A stretch of DNA of 63,119 nucleotides, filler included, from Bigelowiella natans CCMP2755 (taxonomy: Eukaryota > Protista > Cercozoa), in NCBI GenBank assembly GCA_000320545.1. It is 4 parts of 4 records of this genome, joined end to end, with 100 filler letters (N's around TTAATTAATTAA, not from the genome) between each part and the next. Parts side by side here need not be neighbours in the genome. Positions count along the whole stretch, not along the records: positions 41,356 to 58,971 come from ADNK01002474.1; positions 59,072 to 63,119 come from ADNK01002584.1; 2 more parts are not named here. The stretch is one strand, 5' to 3'. The notes beneath the pieces were generated by a model. That model had not been told where the DNA came from. It worked only from the letters and a program-made list of their open reading frames with translations, and made no database searches. Positions 48,788 to 61,051 of this stretch are shown in pieces; positions within the stretch are counted from its first letter, which is position 1; every line of letters begins with the position of its first letter. The translations under genes were made by a program, and so were the position numbers.

Positions 48788-49684
48788 TCACAGTACACTC
48801 TCAAATACGACACACTTCTACTTACATCCGATAGCAATGCGCCGGCGAAAGACTAGGAGACACGTCACTTCAATGCCCCGAGGTGGTTATATGCACAAAA
48901 CTTGCCATTCACTCGAATATCGTTGCTGCGATGAGTGTAAATAAGAACCCCATCTATGTTAAGGTGTTTGACAGCGTGTGGGCTTATCGATACGACACGG
49001 CGTCCAAGAACGAGTGGTGGCGATTTATAACGTGAGAACAACAAACGGCATGAGCGCACAAGCGCGTACAACTCCACCCCTCCCGCCTCCACCAAAAGCG
49101 AGCTAGATCACTTAATGACTATGCGAATGATGGTGGTGGTGATGATGATGATGATGTGCGAAGATGGCCTATTCTTACGTAGGGATTACGACTCGAAATA
49201 TTGATAATACTGACTCCTTGTTCGCGTTTCGTCCCTCCTCTCCCCCCCCCCCCGCCGTTAAGGTATATGCTGCTGCACGCTGGTGCAGCTCACGTGACGG
49301 CGAACCTCTTCTTACAGGTCGATTGCTGTTACAGTAAGGAACAGGAACAAAAGATATAGGGGTGCATCAATCTCCATGTCATCGCGCATTCACCGCAGCA
49401 CATCGTGATGTTGTCAGATTATTGTCGGAATACCTCTTGAAATGGTTCATGGGCCGCGGTCAGGAATGCTCACCACCATCATCATTGTCACCATCACCAT
49501 TTTAGTTTTTGCTACTATCATTATCATCACTATTACCATCCTCATCATCCTACTCCTCCTCCTTCTCCTCCTCCGCATCATCATCATCAACCACTCCGTC
49601 ATGATCGGCGGTCGTAACACCCACTTGTTTATTCGAAACAGGAGAATTTTCATACTCTATGTCCTTGGTGGGCTGGCTGGTATC

Positions 49685-49763
<79 letters not shown>

Positions 49764-50398
49764 CGCCCGCGCGCCAGAAATACTATTGGAAGGCTATGTT
49801 CGTAGCTATCTTCGCTGTCTTCTCTTCAATTGGGTGAAGCTCAAAAGCCTTCTTCCTCCCGCACCCACGTTGTTCCTCCTTAGGTTCTTTTTCGGTGTCT
49901 GTGTTTGATAAGAACACAAATATCGTCGGAGCGTCGGCTGGTTGCTATGCTTTAGTGGGAGCGCACGTTGCAAATATCATCAACTATTGGAGCATCATGC
50001 CCTTCCCCCTGTAATAGGAATTTTTATGTGTTAGCATTTCCTCCCCACTTCCAACCACTCCTACTTTTATTTAAATTTTAAAGTCTCTCTCTCTCTCTTT
50101 CCCTCTCCCCTATTTTGCACGTCTCTTAGTTTTCTCTTTCATGTAATTAGTAAATTTGTAACGACCATCATGAAGTATTGCAGTTGCATATCACTCATTC
50201 TATTTATTGTCATCAGCATTCGACTGCTCGTCTTTTCGCTGATATTCAGTGTCGATGTGGTATTATCTGCATATCGCAGGTGACAACCCAAGCAGCTCTG
50301 CTCCCCACCTAACCCACTCCATCTCCCCCCCCCTCCCCCTCTCTCTCTCTATTTTCTCTTTCCATCTTACAAAGTTTATGAATTCAAAAGTTAACCAA

Positions 50399-50443
<45 letters not shown>

Positions 50444-51292
50444 GTGTGTGGATGTGTGTGCGCGCGCGCAATGAATACAAATCATTAACATGTATACATT
50501 AAATACTAAATAGATACGCCGAAAATGATACGAGCGTTTCGTTCTCATCGCATCTCGCTGGGGCCCTTCTAGGTGATGATAGCTAGTCACACGTCAACGG
50601 AAGAAGAAATCAAAGAGAAACAAAAAGGAAACAAGTTTTTGGATGTACAACAATGTATGATATTATCGTCCCATCTCATTGCAGGTCTCACCCTTGGAGG
50701 GGTAGTATTAAATGGGTTGGATCAAGGCAAAAACAGCGGCGACAATGACGAGCGTGACGACCACCATCCTTCTTCCTCTTCTATATGTCGACTAGTATGT
50801 ATATAATGTTAGCAGACAATATCCACATTGTAAATGGTGACTATGCTCGGAAGGAAGCAGAAGTTGCGAATGCGACTTTACCACAATTTACATTAGTGTG
50901 TGCTTTTGTCCTTACCTTCCTCTTTCTCTCCCTCTACTCCCTTCCTTTTCCGTTTTCACGTTATAATGCAATGTTTCTAACAGCTGTAAAATGATGCTCC
51001 CAAAAAATGATGAACCATCATAATATACTAATTAGGTTAAGAACTACGGTGGCCTTGTTCTAGTCATTTTCGTAAGTGCTACGCGCGTGTTATAAATACA
51101 TGATGTGTCAACAAAATAGACAAATTTCACTTTTTGTTTGATCGATGTATGTCTTTTTTCCTTTGTTTTTGCCCTGTTGCTTTGTGGTTGCTTTTTCACC
51201 GCCCCCTTGTGACCAATCACGATCAACCTTATCTTTAGTTCTTTGGTTTCTGCATTGCGTTCAATCTGGTGAGCCCCCAGCAAACTCAGTGA
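45490..51292 (+). CDS. Rhomboid intramembrane serine protease with N-terminal EF-hands (RHBDL-like)
   Basis: FKKFDRDQ-GTISREDF, INFNEFL, CCPPPL, EWWRFI, YMLLHAGAAHVTANL, GIPLEMVHG, VGASAGCYAL (catalytic Ser) and VSFSSHLAGAL (catalytic His). Ends FFGFCIAFNLVSPQQTQ*. The start is uncertain. Confidence 0.88.
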
Positions 51293-51420
51293 GGGTAAAC
51301 CTAGGTAAGGGCGGTTATAAACACCATGTGCACGCATGTCTGTGCGAAAGCTGGCAAATTTCACACCCTCTTGCCCGTCTTTGTGTGCAAGACGGTGCCA
51401 ATTGCATGTACGTCGCCTAA

Positions 51421-52020
51421 ATGTTGTGACTCTGCTGAATCTAGCAAGCTCGATGCATCATGTTTGAGCCAAAGGCGGTGAAATCATGTTGCACTGGCTG
51501 GCTAGCTGGCCGCATGAAAAATGTCATCAATCAAGAAGCGTGCGCTGCGCACTGGACACGTCCATTTTGTCGTGCAGTGCTCATTCACCATTGATTGACG
51601 TGGAAGCTGACTGCACTGCTCGGGCCCCAACAAAAAGAGCACCTGAACGCAGCAATGACCGGCACACCCAAACGTGTGACGCGTGGACACCTTGCATCGC
51701 AAGAACGTGCTGGCTAGCTGGGTTGGCTAGTTGGCAGCGGTGCACCAGGCGCACCGCCTTGTTCAACGCCACACTCGAGGGTGATGAACAAAAGCGTGTC
51801 ATTGTTTCCGTGAACACGAACACGAACGAGTGAACCATGACAAGTGAGTTGGCATGTCAGCATGGCCAAATGGCCCCACAAGGCCAGAAGGGCAAAACAA
51901 TGAGTCAGCTCCAAGTCGCCATTGACAAATGAATTGATCAACATCTTGGGTTTCTCCCTTGAGACACGCACAACATGAACTTTGTCCAAGGTGACTGCAC
52001 AGTGTTCAGCGTTCAATGTG
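51421..52020. other. TpA-depleted, CTAG-retaining tract
   Basis: Manual count: 4 TA in 600 nt, all within CTAG. Confidence 0.9.
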
Positions 52021-52210
52021 GTGTACCATCCCCCGCCAAAAACACGATGACAAAGACGAAACACTGGAAACTGGAAACAAACTCATTGAACTGTCTCAGT
52101 GATCCTATGTGCTGTATTTTTCCCAAGACAGGGAACAATCGATGTCGCTTTTGGAAAATCTGTTGCATTTTGCCACCCTTCTCGTTTTCTTCACTCCCCA
52201 ATATTCCAGC

Positions 52211-54367
52211 ATGCGCAAAGCTGTTGTCCCATCATGCGATGCAGCCATGTTCTTTCAACGAAATCTTGAGTTAGTTGGTTGTGGCAACAAATCTGATGCA
52301 GTCTACCAGATTGTAAAGGAATTCACTGACAACGCTGGTATCTTTTTCAGCTTGAATTCTCATCACATCAAAAGTGCCTCTTCAATCTGATACCACTTTT
52401 GATCAGTGGATGCCATCTCGCAAAAGAAGGGTAGAGATGTGAATGGAGAAAATTCCATCTCAATCGAGCTCGTCATTGAGGAAAAAGACCGAATGAGGAT
52501 TACTGGTGACATAGAATCTATATCTTTAGTTTGTGTCTCATTGATGTGCCAAACAGTTCAAGACTCTGGACTTGGAATTCCTGAAGAGAGAATCAAATTT
52601 CTGTTGGGCAGAGTTTTTGGTTCATCTAAAGCAAACGGAGGAGAAATAGGAACTTTTGGTAAGCAATCATTCCATGATGACTTCACGAGTTTCACTTTGA
52701 ATATCAATTTGTAAATCATTAGGCATCGGATTAAAAGCTGCCCTTGTGTATGCAACCCACAGTGGAGCCGAAGGAAAACTTATAGTGAAGACAACCACTA
52801 AGAATGAGCCAGTTTTTCGGATTAAGCATGTTACTTGGAGGGAAGAAAGTGGCTTAGAGATTGTGAGGTCTTTTACAGTCTCCAAGGAAAAGGTTCATTT
52901 ATCTGGAAGTGAGGTGTCTCTCCGAATTGTAGGTGCAATCAAATGAATGGATCATTTAAAATATCTCAGTATCTGACCGTTTGTTACTCCAGGAAACTTA
53001 AACGATGGCATCAAGAAATTAAAAAAATACTTCGATGCCCTTTCTCTGATCAATTTGAACATTGACATGAGTTTCATGGTTAAAAGTCAAGCCACAATGC
53101 AACTTCCTTATTCATTTACAAACCTGCACGCAAATAAGAGGTGATCAGCTTCAGCTTAGTATCAAATCTTATGTGCCTGATCGATGTCACAATAGAGATT
53201 CATTTTGGACGTTGAAACGACTTAAAGAAGGAATTGCAAGAAAATATAAAGTTTTGAAGACACAAATTGCTACAGTCAGTATTGAATCCCTTCCGTAGTC
53301 ACTTTTGAAAACATACTTTGCTTGATAGGGAACCAGTCAATGCTCTCATGATGGTGAAACTTCGTACGTGGATTGCTCATGCTTCTTGAGGAAGAAACTA
53401 GACACCCAAAACCAACGATTTGGTTTGCATTTATTTCGCTTTGTAAATAACTCAATCTTGTTTCCCTTAAGCGGGCGTTGTGACTTGATCGATGTATTTG
53501 AAAAGGTATTAACTCTTTTCTGACTGATTCAAAAGCAAAATCTGAATCAAATTCTCTAATTTCAGGCACCGGCTTGGGAAAGACTTGGTATAAAGTTGAG
53601 AGGGAGTGCTTCCCAATCTTTAGAAGATTCATCAATTTTATTTCGAACAACGTGCAATTTTCCAATAGACATTGTGTTCGTTTTACACCTTCGAACCTCT
53701 GTGGTAGAGTACGACACACTGACAAAATGTGGAGCAAAGATCCATCAACTTTTGAAGAATGCTGTCTCAACAGCCATATCTGAAGCCGCAAGTCTGCTAT
53801 CGTCTGTTGAAAACGACATATTCATCTCAGAGGTCACTGAAATTTTCAGTTTTTTGAACATTACATTCAAATCTGAACTAATTTTGTTAGGAAGAGATGC
53901 GGGAAAAAAGAAGAACAAAATGGACGAACAGCATAGTAGAGTCCATCCTTCAGATTGCAGAAGACACTGACCCTGTCCTTGAATGTTCATTTCAAGAATC
54001 TCTGTCCTCAGCAGTTGGAATCCACCAATCTGACCTAAGCTGCTTGAAACAGCAACTTGCGAAAAATATTTCGAATGTTTTCCAAGACAGCTGTGAAAAA
54101 AACACTCCGCACTCTTCTCAGTATGAGTTGGCAGATGCAGCCGAAAATCTACTTTTGAAACTCTCTGACGATATTGAACGCGGTGATGCTTCGACCATTG
54201 AAACTTCTGTGGAAAAACATCACAACTTGCACACAGAACATCCCCGAATCGCTGCATCCCCGCAAGAATTTGGGAAGAATGATGGACCTTCAATGGACGA
54301 TGACGATGAGAAAATGATGTCAGATGATGAATGCAGCTTCATGAATGAGATGTTTTCTGGCTCTTAG
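52211..54367 (+). CDS. Topoisomerase VI subunit B-like protein (GHKL plus transducer, apparently without H2TH); candidate meiotic SPO11 partner
   Basis: AAMFFQRNLELVG, IVKEFTDNA-VDA, VQDSGLGIP, GRVFGSSK, GTFG-IGLKAALVYA, SGSEV, LFRFVNNSIL, WERLG and FVLHL...YDTLTK. Introns are short (about 50-65 nt) GT-AG. Confidence 0.85.
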
Positions 54368-54420
54368 AAGGTGGTTGTGGACTTGCACTTCTGCAATCTT
54401 GCGCATGCTCATCTAGCCAT

Positions 54421-55200
54421 GGATGGGCACTTTTGACATGATGCCTGTCTGAGCAAAATGAGAAATCTCCATGCAACATGGCCTTCTTCACATTCTCTGA
54501 ATTGCACTCCTAAGATCACAAGCCGCACAGCGGCAAGTGTTGTGACAATCACATGAATGGACAGCTCACACGCGTGCCTCAATCTTGTGTCTCACGTCAA
54601 GTGTGACTGGCTAGCTGGCATGAAATTGTGGTGGTGTGCTGCGCCGTGGAAATAGATTTCTCGCAGTTCATTTTGGAATTGTGGTCTTTCATCAAGTTTG
54701 CATGTTTGTTCAGGGATTGTCAGATCGACATCAAAATGAGACATCGAAAAATTTGGAAAACAACCACTCAAAAGATGAAATTGCAACCGTGCGCTCTTTC
54801 AACTGTTCCTTGATGCATCGGCAAGCTGACAAGGACAATTTTCAATCGAGCACTTGAACTTGTTGAGCACCGTTTTTGCAATTGTCACTGTCGATCATTG
54901 CCATGTTGCAGCATCACACGTTCTAGCGTTGCGTTGAAGCACTTCATTGTGGGAACCTCACGTTTGGATTTTGCTGCGTTTTTGGTTGAAATCACTGCGA
55001 ATGCTTTTGCATCAGCACAGTTGGACAGCCAGTCGTGCACGCCAGCACGTCTGACGTGGCTGCGTGCTTTGTCGTTCGGTTGCGGAAAAACGTTTGTCTT
55101 GACTGCTAGCAAGACGCGCTAGCGCGCTGGGTTGTTCATCCCTTCCAGCCTTGGGCACCACCCAGACCACTGACGAACGAGCGTGGAGTTCTTTGTGGAT
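54421..55200. other. TpA-depleted, CTAG-retaining tract
   Basis: Manual count: 6 TA in 780 nt (4 CTAG, 1 CTAA, 1 ATAG). Confidence 0.9.
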
Positions 55201-55678
55201 TGCCCGTTCTACATCCCACCGCGATTGCCAGTTCTCTCCATCGCAGTCGCAGTTTCTAACATCCCGCACTGCCAAGATTGCCTGCATGCACAAACGAGTG
55301 AAGTGTTTCCAAATTGCAGCCGAAAGGGTCGATGGAAGCAAGTGCCTAGTTCCACCGATTTAGTGGCATGAATGCGTTGGTGGAGCATCATGCGTGCCCT
55401 GGAGTGCGACAACCCACATCGGCTGTCGCGCGTTATCCGACATCGGTCGACAACTCGGGGCGAACAATGAACTGGTTCGACCTTGGCAGAGCCAAGATCC
55501 CAAATCCCTGCTCTTTCCCCAAGAAATCATTGTCGCAGGTTGAAATTGACTTTTATTCGCGTTCGAATTCACGTAGGGGCAACAATCTACGGAGTTGAGC
55601 GGTGGCCGCGAATCCTTTGGAAGTGAGAGAGAGACCGGAAAGGCTTCCCTTCCCCCCCCACCCCTCAACACCTCCGCG

Positions 55679-58016
55679 TTGATGGATTATCCAGCGTACC
55701 CTCCACGCTATTGTGAGCGAGAGCAGATTCTAAACAGAAGAAGCGTCTATGGTTGGGTCCCACCACCCCCTCCGAGGGTGTCCTCATCATTGAAAGGCCC
55801 CGGAAAGTGGTATGTGATCACGCTGGAAAATCTCGAAACGAGCGACTTCAATCCTGTGAAAAATAAGGCCACCTATCTCTGGATCAATGGCGACAGCTAT
55901 TCGACCGGCCTCGTGCGCGTGTCCGACAACCTCAAGACAGGAAGAACTCAACTGAGAGATGTTTCTCTTCGCCTCTCGGATGGCAGAAGTCTCCGGCTCC
56001 ACGGCTCACTCATGATGAAGAAGACAGATCGATCGCCTGATCCCACCTTCTATCTCAGCGGCAGCGTGAAGGTTTACAGCACGTTCGAGATCCTCAAAAT
56101 AGAGATGCGAGTGAAGAGTGGGGAAATCTTCAAGCAGCTGTACCCGAATACCAGCTGCGGCAGAAAACGAAAACGAGATACAGGGGTGAGTGGGAAATGA
56201 GAGACTCTTTCACGATACGTGGTGATCATTTTGATTCGTAGCCTCGCTTGGGGGTGTGGTGTGCTCTGTCACTACGAAAAAAACCACCAAAATGTGTTTT
56301 TACAATGTGGTTTTAAGTTGTAAGAATAGACACATCAATCGCACATGCGAATACAAATATGTTATATGTACAACATTTGGAAGAAATAAAGGGTTCGGAG
56401 TTTAAGAGAGGGAGATCCTCCTGGGAATCTATTTATATTCTTCGTACAACTTTAATTACTTTGCTCAGACATTTAGTTTGTTAATATTTTTATACACACA
56501 CACACATACACATATCTATATGTGTGTGTGTGTGTGTGCAAAATAAAAAAAAAACTATGAGGCAATATGTAGTACATATGTCTAATCTGCAGTTTGATTT
56601 GAAGGGAGCGAGCTCGTCGAATCAACACACTTTTGGCTACAAGATCGCTTCAGATAGGAAAGGTTTACATAGTCCTTGTATTTACCCCATTCTTCTCCTT
56701 TGTTACTTGTGGGTGATCATCCGTGTGAAAATCCTCAACGAATCCCAGGCTGAGCAATATGTATACATGACATGCAGATATACGTTTCTATGAGTTGCTG
56801 GGCCGCTATCAGAGCACACCGGAAGAGGTGCTGAAAATCCGAGAATTATTTGCAGTTCGTCGAAGATATTGTTCCAACTTCAATCACAAATTAGTGCCTG
56901 CTTGGGTGTTGTTTGTCCAGGTTTCTTTGTTATCTCAATACTTACCACGCAGGGCTCTTGAGATTACGTTGGCTTACATCGCGGTGTGCTAAGCAACCTG
57001 AAACTAGAATAAAAACAATGCAACCAATGCACCCTTGCTTCTTGCTTTCTGATAACGACGATAACGTTGATGACGATGATAATGATAATGATAATCATGA
57101 TGGTGATGATGGTGATGACCATGACGACGACGAAATAGCGGTTTGTACCGCATCTCAATCATTTCTACGCTGGCATGTATGTTATCACATCAACAACGCT
57201 AAAAAAAACCTACCTACCTTACAGCCCCGACGGAGACACGCCACCAAGATCAGGCTGAATCTGGAGCCGAAGGAATTCCACCGCGTCGCAAACATGAAGA
57301 CCTATCTCTGGATAAACGGCGGCCAATGCCGATCCCACGAGATCATCCGTGTATCTGACAACTGCAAGCCAGGACGGCGGCGCTTTTCGCAGCTAGTCCT
57401 CAACCTATCAAACGGCTGCCTCGTCCGGCTCCAAGGATCTCTCATGAGGTCGGAAAGCCGTCACGGAGTGACCTGCTACCTAGGAAGAGGCAGCATATCC
57501 CTCGCCGGCGAGGAGGGGGGGGGGATGGAATATGTCGACGAAAAAGGGGGAGAGGAAAGCACGCGTTCTTTCCCCATCTTTGATGTCGCTCTGGGGCTGG
57601 CAAATGGACAAATCTTGAAGCGCCTCCACCCTTCTCCCAACGGCAGCAGTCACATCGAAGAAACCACAGACCACCCCCGCAGCGACACGATCCCTGTTGA
57701 GCGCGCGAAGGCCAGTGGTACTACTACTACTACTACTACTACGACTACTGCTGCTGCTGCTGCTACTACTACTACTACCCAGAAAGCGGCTAAAGAGAGC
57801 AAGAAGAGCAATCCCTCCCCCATCCCAAAAAAGGAGGCTCTGCCTCTTCTTCGCTCGAATGTCGACCAGTACAAAGCCGGTGGGGGCGAGGATGTGAGAG
57901 GCAAAGAGCGGGTGAACAATGCTAGGATTAGGAGCCAAATCGCAGCCACCTCAACTCTTGACGAATCTCAACGAAAGACAGGTCGCTGGCGCGTTTGCTT
58001 TGAAACATAATATAAG

Positions 58017-58063
<47 letters not shown>

Positions 58064-58592
58064 GATATTGATGCCTCTACCTTATGACCGATGCCTTCGG
58101 TGCTGCTGTTGCGCGGGTGCTTCTGGTTGCAGGCATCGTACTGAAATTCACGCTTGAGTTGCTCTCTCAAGACTTCGTCGTGCTCCGAGAAGCGGTCCAC
58201 TTTGCCGAGGATGTGCTCCGAGCGACCAGGAAACGAGCTGAGGTTGAAGAGGAGGAAGCGCCATACACAAAGCTGCGTGGGGAGGGCAGCAGCAGGATAT
58301 TAGAGGTCTCGCAAATGCTATTAAAGGTGGGTGGTGTTTCTAGCAGTAGGAACAGAAAGTAGTCAAGAGGTAGTTGCAGGATGGATCTGTTATCACCTGT
58401 GATGAGAAGAAGAAGAAGAAGAAGAAGAAGAAGAAGAAGACTGCGTTCGCCGAAGCAGCTGCAGCAAAGAATGGTGGCGGCCCGTGGACGACATCGTCGC
58501 TGTGACATGTCTAAGACGATCTGAAAGACAACAGTCATTTAGCTGATCGATTTTAAGCTCAGACCTCTTAGTTCCTTTATGCGAAGAGGATT

Positions 58593-58657
<65 letters not shown>

Positions 58658-58804
58658 TATACAGGCGGAATACTACTCACGCGCCCATGAAGTCCTTCAA
58701 TCTGCGTTGGCCGTTTGGTCGCAACAGAAGCTACCAGAAAAAGTCAGAAAGCTCAAATTTCCGGTTAATGTGCCACATGATCTGCCACAACAACAGCCCG
58801 CACT

Positions 58805-58810
<6 letters not shown>
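55679..58810 (+). CDS. Hypothetical multi-exon protein containing two copies of an unrecognised domain of about 110 aa
   Basis: In-frame exon chain at about 55679-56185, 56593-56662, 56779-56864, 56921-56983, 57225-57981, 58134-58326 and 58666 onward. The repeated motif is TYLWING...RVSDN.K.GR...L.LS.G...RL.GSLM. Start and end are uncertain. Confidence 0.65.
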
Positions 58811-58842
<32 letters not shown>

Positions 58843-58971
58843 ACATTTGACTGACAAGTATCTAGCGTACTGCGTATCTCCTTTGGTGTAGGGGGGGGGA
58901 GGGGGGGAGGGGGACCGGCGGGGGAAGGAAAAAATTGACAGAGTTACACAAACAAATAACACGTCCCCCCC

Positions 58972-59071
58972 NNNNNNNNNNNNNNNNNNNNNNNNNNNNN
59001 NNNNNNNNNNNNNNNTTAATTAATTAANNNNNNNNNNNNNNNNNNNNNNNNNNNNNNNNNNNNNNNNNNNN
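58972..59071. other. Assembly gap with an artificial six-frame-stop linker
   Basis: Same 100-nt N/TTAATTAATTAA/N structure. Confidence 0.95.
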
Positions 59072-59200
59072 AGAGAGAGAGAGAGAGAGAGAGAGAGAAT
59101 AGACGAACGCACATGCATGCACTTTAAGCGACACATAGACTCGAATAGCAATTAGTGGCAAATCGGTGAGTTAAAAGACAAGCCATTGCGATACAATATT

Positions 59201-60286
59201 CTACACCATGTGGCAAAACAACGGCGGCAGCAGGTATAATTTATAACTACTAGTAGTAGTATTGCCAATGATCCTTACCCGAACCATATGATGCAATGTT
59301 CGATCTAACTGGTGCGGAAGCAGCTCCGAGCCTTCATCCATCCTGTTGTCAGTTTGTATGGAAGAAGAAGAAGAAGAAGAAGAAGATGATGATGATGATG
59401 ATGATGATGATGACATTAGTTGTCATTATGGACCGCAATCTTCATCTAGCCTCGAAAGCTCGGAATACGATATTTCGAATGAATTATTTTGTTATTGCTC
59501 TGGGGCAGGGAGGCCATATTTTGCGAAACATGGTAGGGGATAAATAACGATATCGTATGGATAGAACGCACTTGGAAACCACTTCGTAGATTTGGTCGAG
59601 GAAGCTCTTCTTTGCATCCTCAAAGGCCGTCTGAACATCGTATGGAAAATTCAAATTCGTATGATGGACGTCTATCTTCAGATGAAAACCCGAAGAGAAT
59701 AGAGCAAAATTTAGTTCGCTGAGTTTGTGAAACACACACGCATGCACACATACACACACTCACTCACTCACACACACACTCTGGAGGAAAAAAAACTCGT
59801 TTGAATCCAACCACACTATTCTTCGCACAGGCTCCTTATTTTGCAGCGAATATCTTACCATGGCTTCTTTTGCAATTTTACTGACGCTTGTGGATTTCTT
59901 CTTCTTCTCCTCTCCTCCTTCGCCGGCATTCTTCTCTTTGGCCTGTCCGTCCTCTTTGCCACTAGGCTCCGTGTTCATAGCTGTCACTTGCTCAGAGTTT
60001 GCCTGGGTTTCATGACACACATCTATAAGCTTATCGCCGTCATTTTGCATGAGAACAGTCAACTCGCAGCACATAATTAGAGTTCAGCAGGGTAGTAGAA
60101 TAGTGGCACACGTTACTGTTCAATCTTAAATGTTTCGGATGTCGAGCGAACGGGCGTGTTGTGCGATTATGACGATGTGAAGCCGCATATAGAACCTGCT
60201 TCGAGTTTTCGACTTCTGCCTTCTCCTCTTCCATATTCACTGCCTTCTCCACTTGTGTGCTGTCTGCAGATGGCTGCGATCGCACT
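59201..60286 (-). CDS. Hypothetical multi-exon protein, boundaries uncertain
   Basis: Exon-like segments with splice sites (RSQPSADSTQVEKAVNMEEEK, KLIDVCHETQANSEQ...KIAKEAM, IDVHHTNLNFPYDVQTAFEDAKKSFLDQIYE). No family recognised. Confidence 0.4.
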
Positions 60287-61051
60287 GGTAAAACACAGAG
60301 AGGGGGAGGTGCGTGGAGTATGACTCGAAGGTTTGTATCGCTATTTTCCAGGCTATTTTTCTGGGTAATAATACCTATGTCTCAGGGATTGTAATGCCCT
60401 TCATTTCCTTGGAAAGTTACATCGCATAGACGACGACAGAAAAGTTCTTGGAATCTCCGATCCGTCGGGAATCTTACCGAAACCTTCCACGGGAATGTTC
60501 TGAAAGCATCTCAGTGCGCCATCAGCTTGGCCTTGTCGCCAGGGCCAAATCACCGGTTCTCCTCTGCCAGATGTGCTCCCCTTCCTTAACTTTTCCTTAC
60601 TTTTTTTTAACGATGTTTTGCGGTGTTTTCGGTCAGATCGCCACACAACCGTGTGTTCGGACAGAGGAAAGAACAAGAAACATGCAAGCGAAACTTCGAT
60701 GAGCGATCAGGATAGTCTAGTGTTGTTTTTCTTTCTTTTTTTGAAAGAATCGATCTGCACAGGGAAAGCGCCCTGCCCTATCGTTTTTTTTTATTTTTCC
60801 TCAAAAATAGTCGCCATGCAGCATCTGATGCTCGATAGATCTATGATCATTGAATGGCATTTTTTTAAAACCAAAACCAAAATACTTCGAGACGCATGGT
60901 GTAAAAGGGAACCTAATTGAAGAAAAAGTACTACGAGCCGAGTCGGATTCAGACACAAAAAATCATCATCCGGCGTGACCTGGACAAAGAAGAACCTACT
61001 TATTAATCTTACGCCCCTGTCTACTTGCGAGAGGAAACGGACTGATACATT

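Noticed and set aside
51760-54945. Short FNATLE-coding similarity in inverted orientation on both sides of the TopoVIB-like gene, a possible terminal inverted repeat
   Set aside because: The match is only about 20 nt with mismatches and does not extend. No target-site duplication or transposase was seen.
54885-55412. Dense overlapping ORFs in all frames (also 51486-52064 and 35591-36130)
   Set aside because: Expected by-product of TAA/TAG loss in the TpA-void tracts. No family was recognised, so they are not called as genes.
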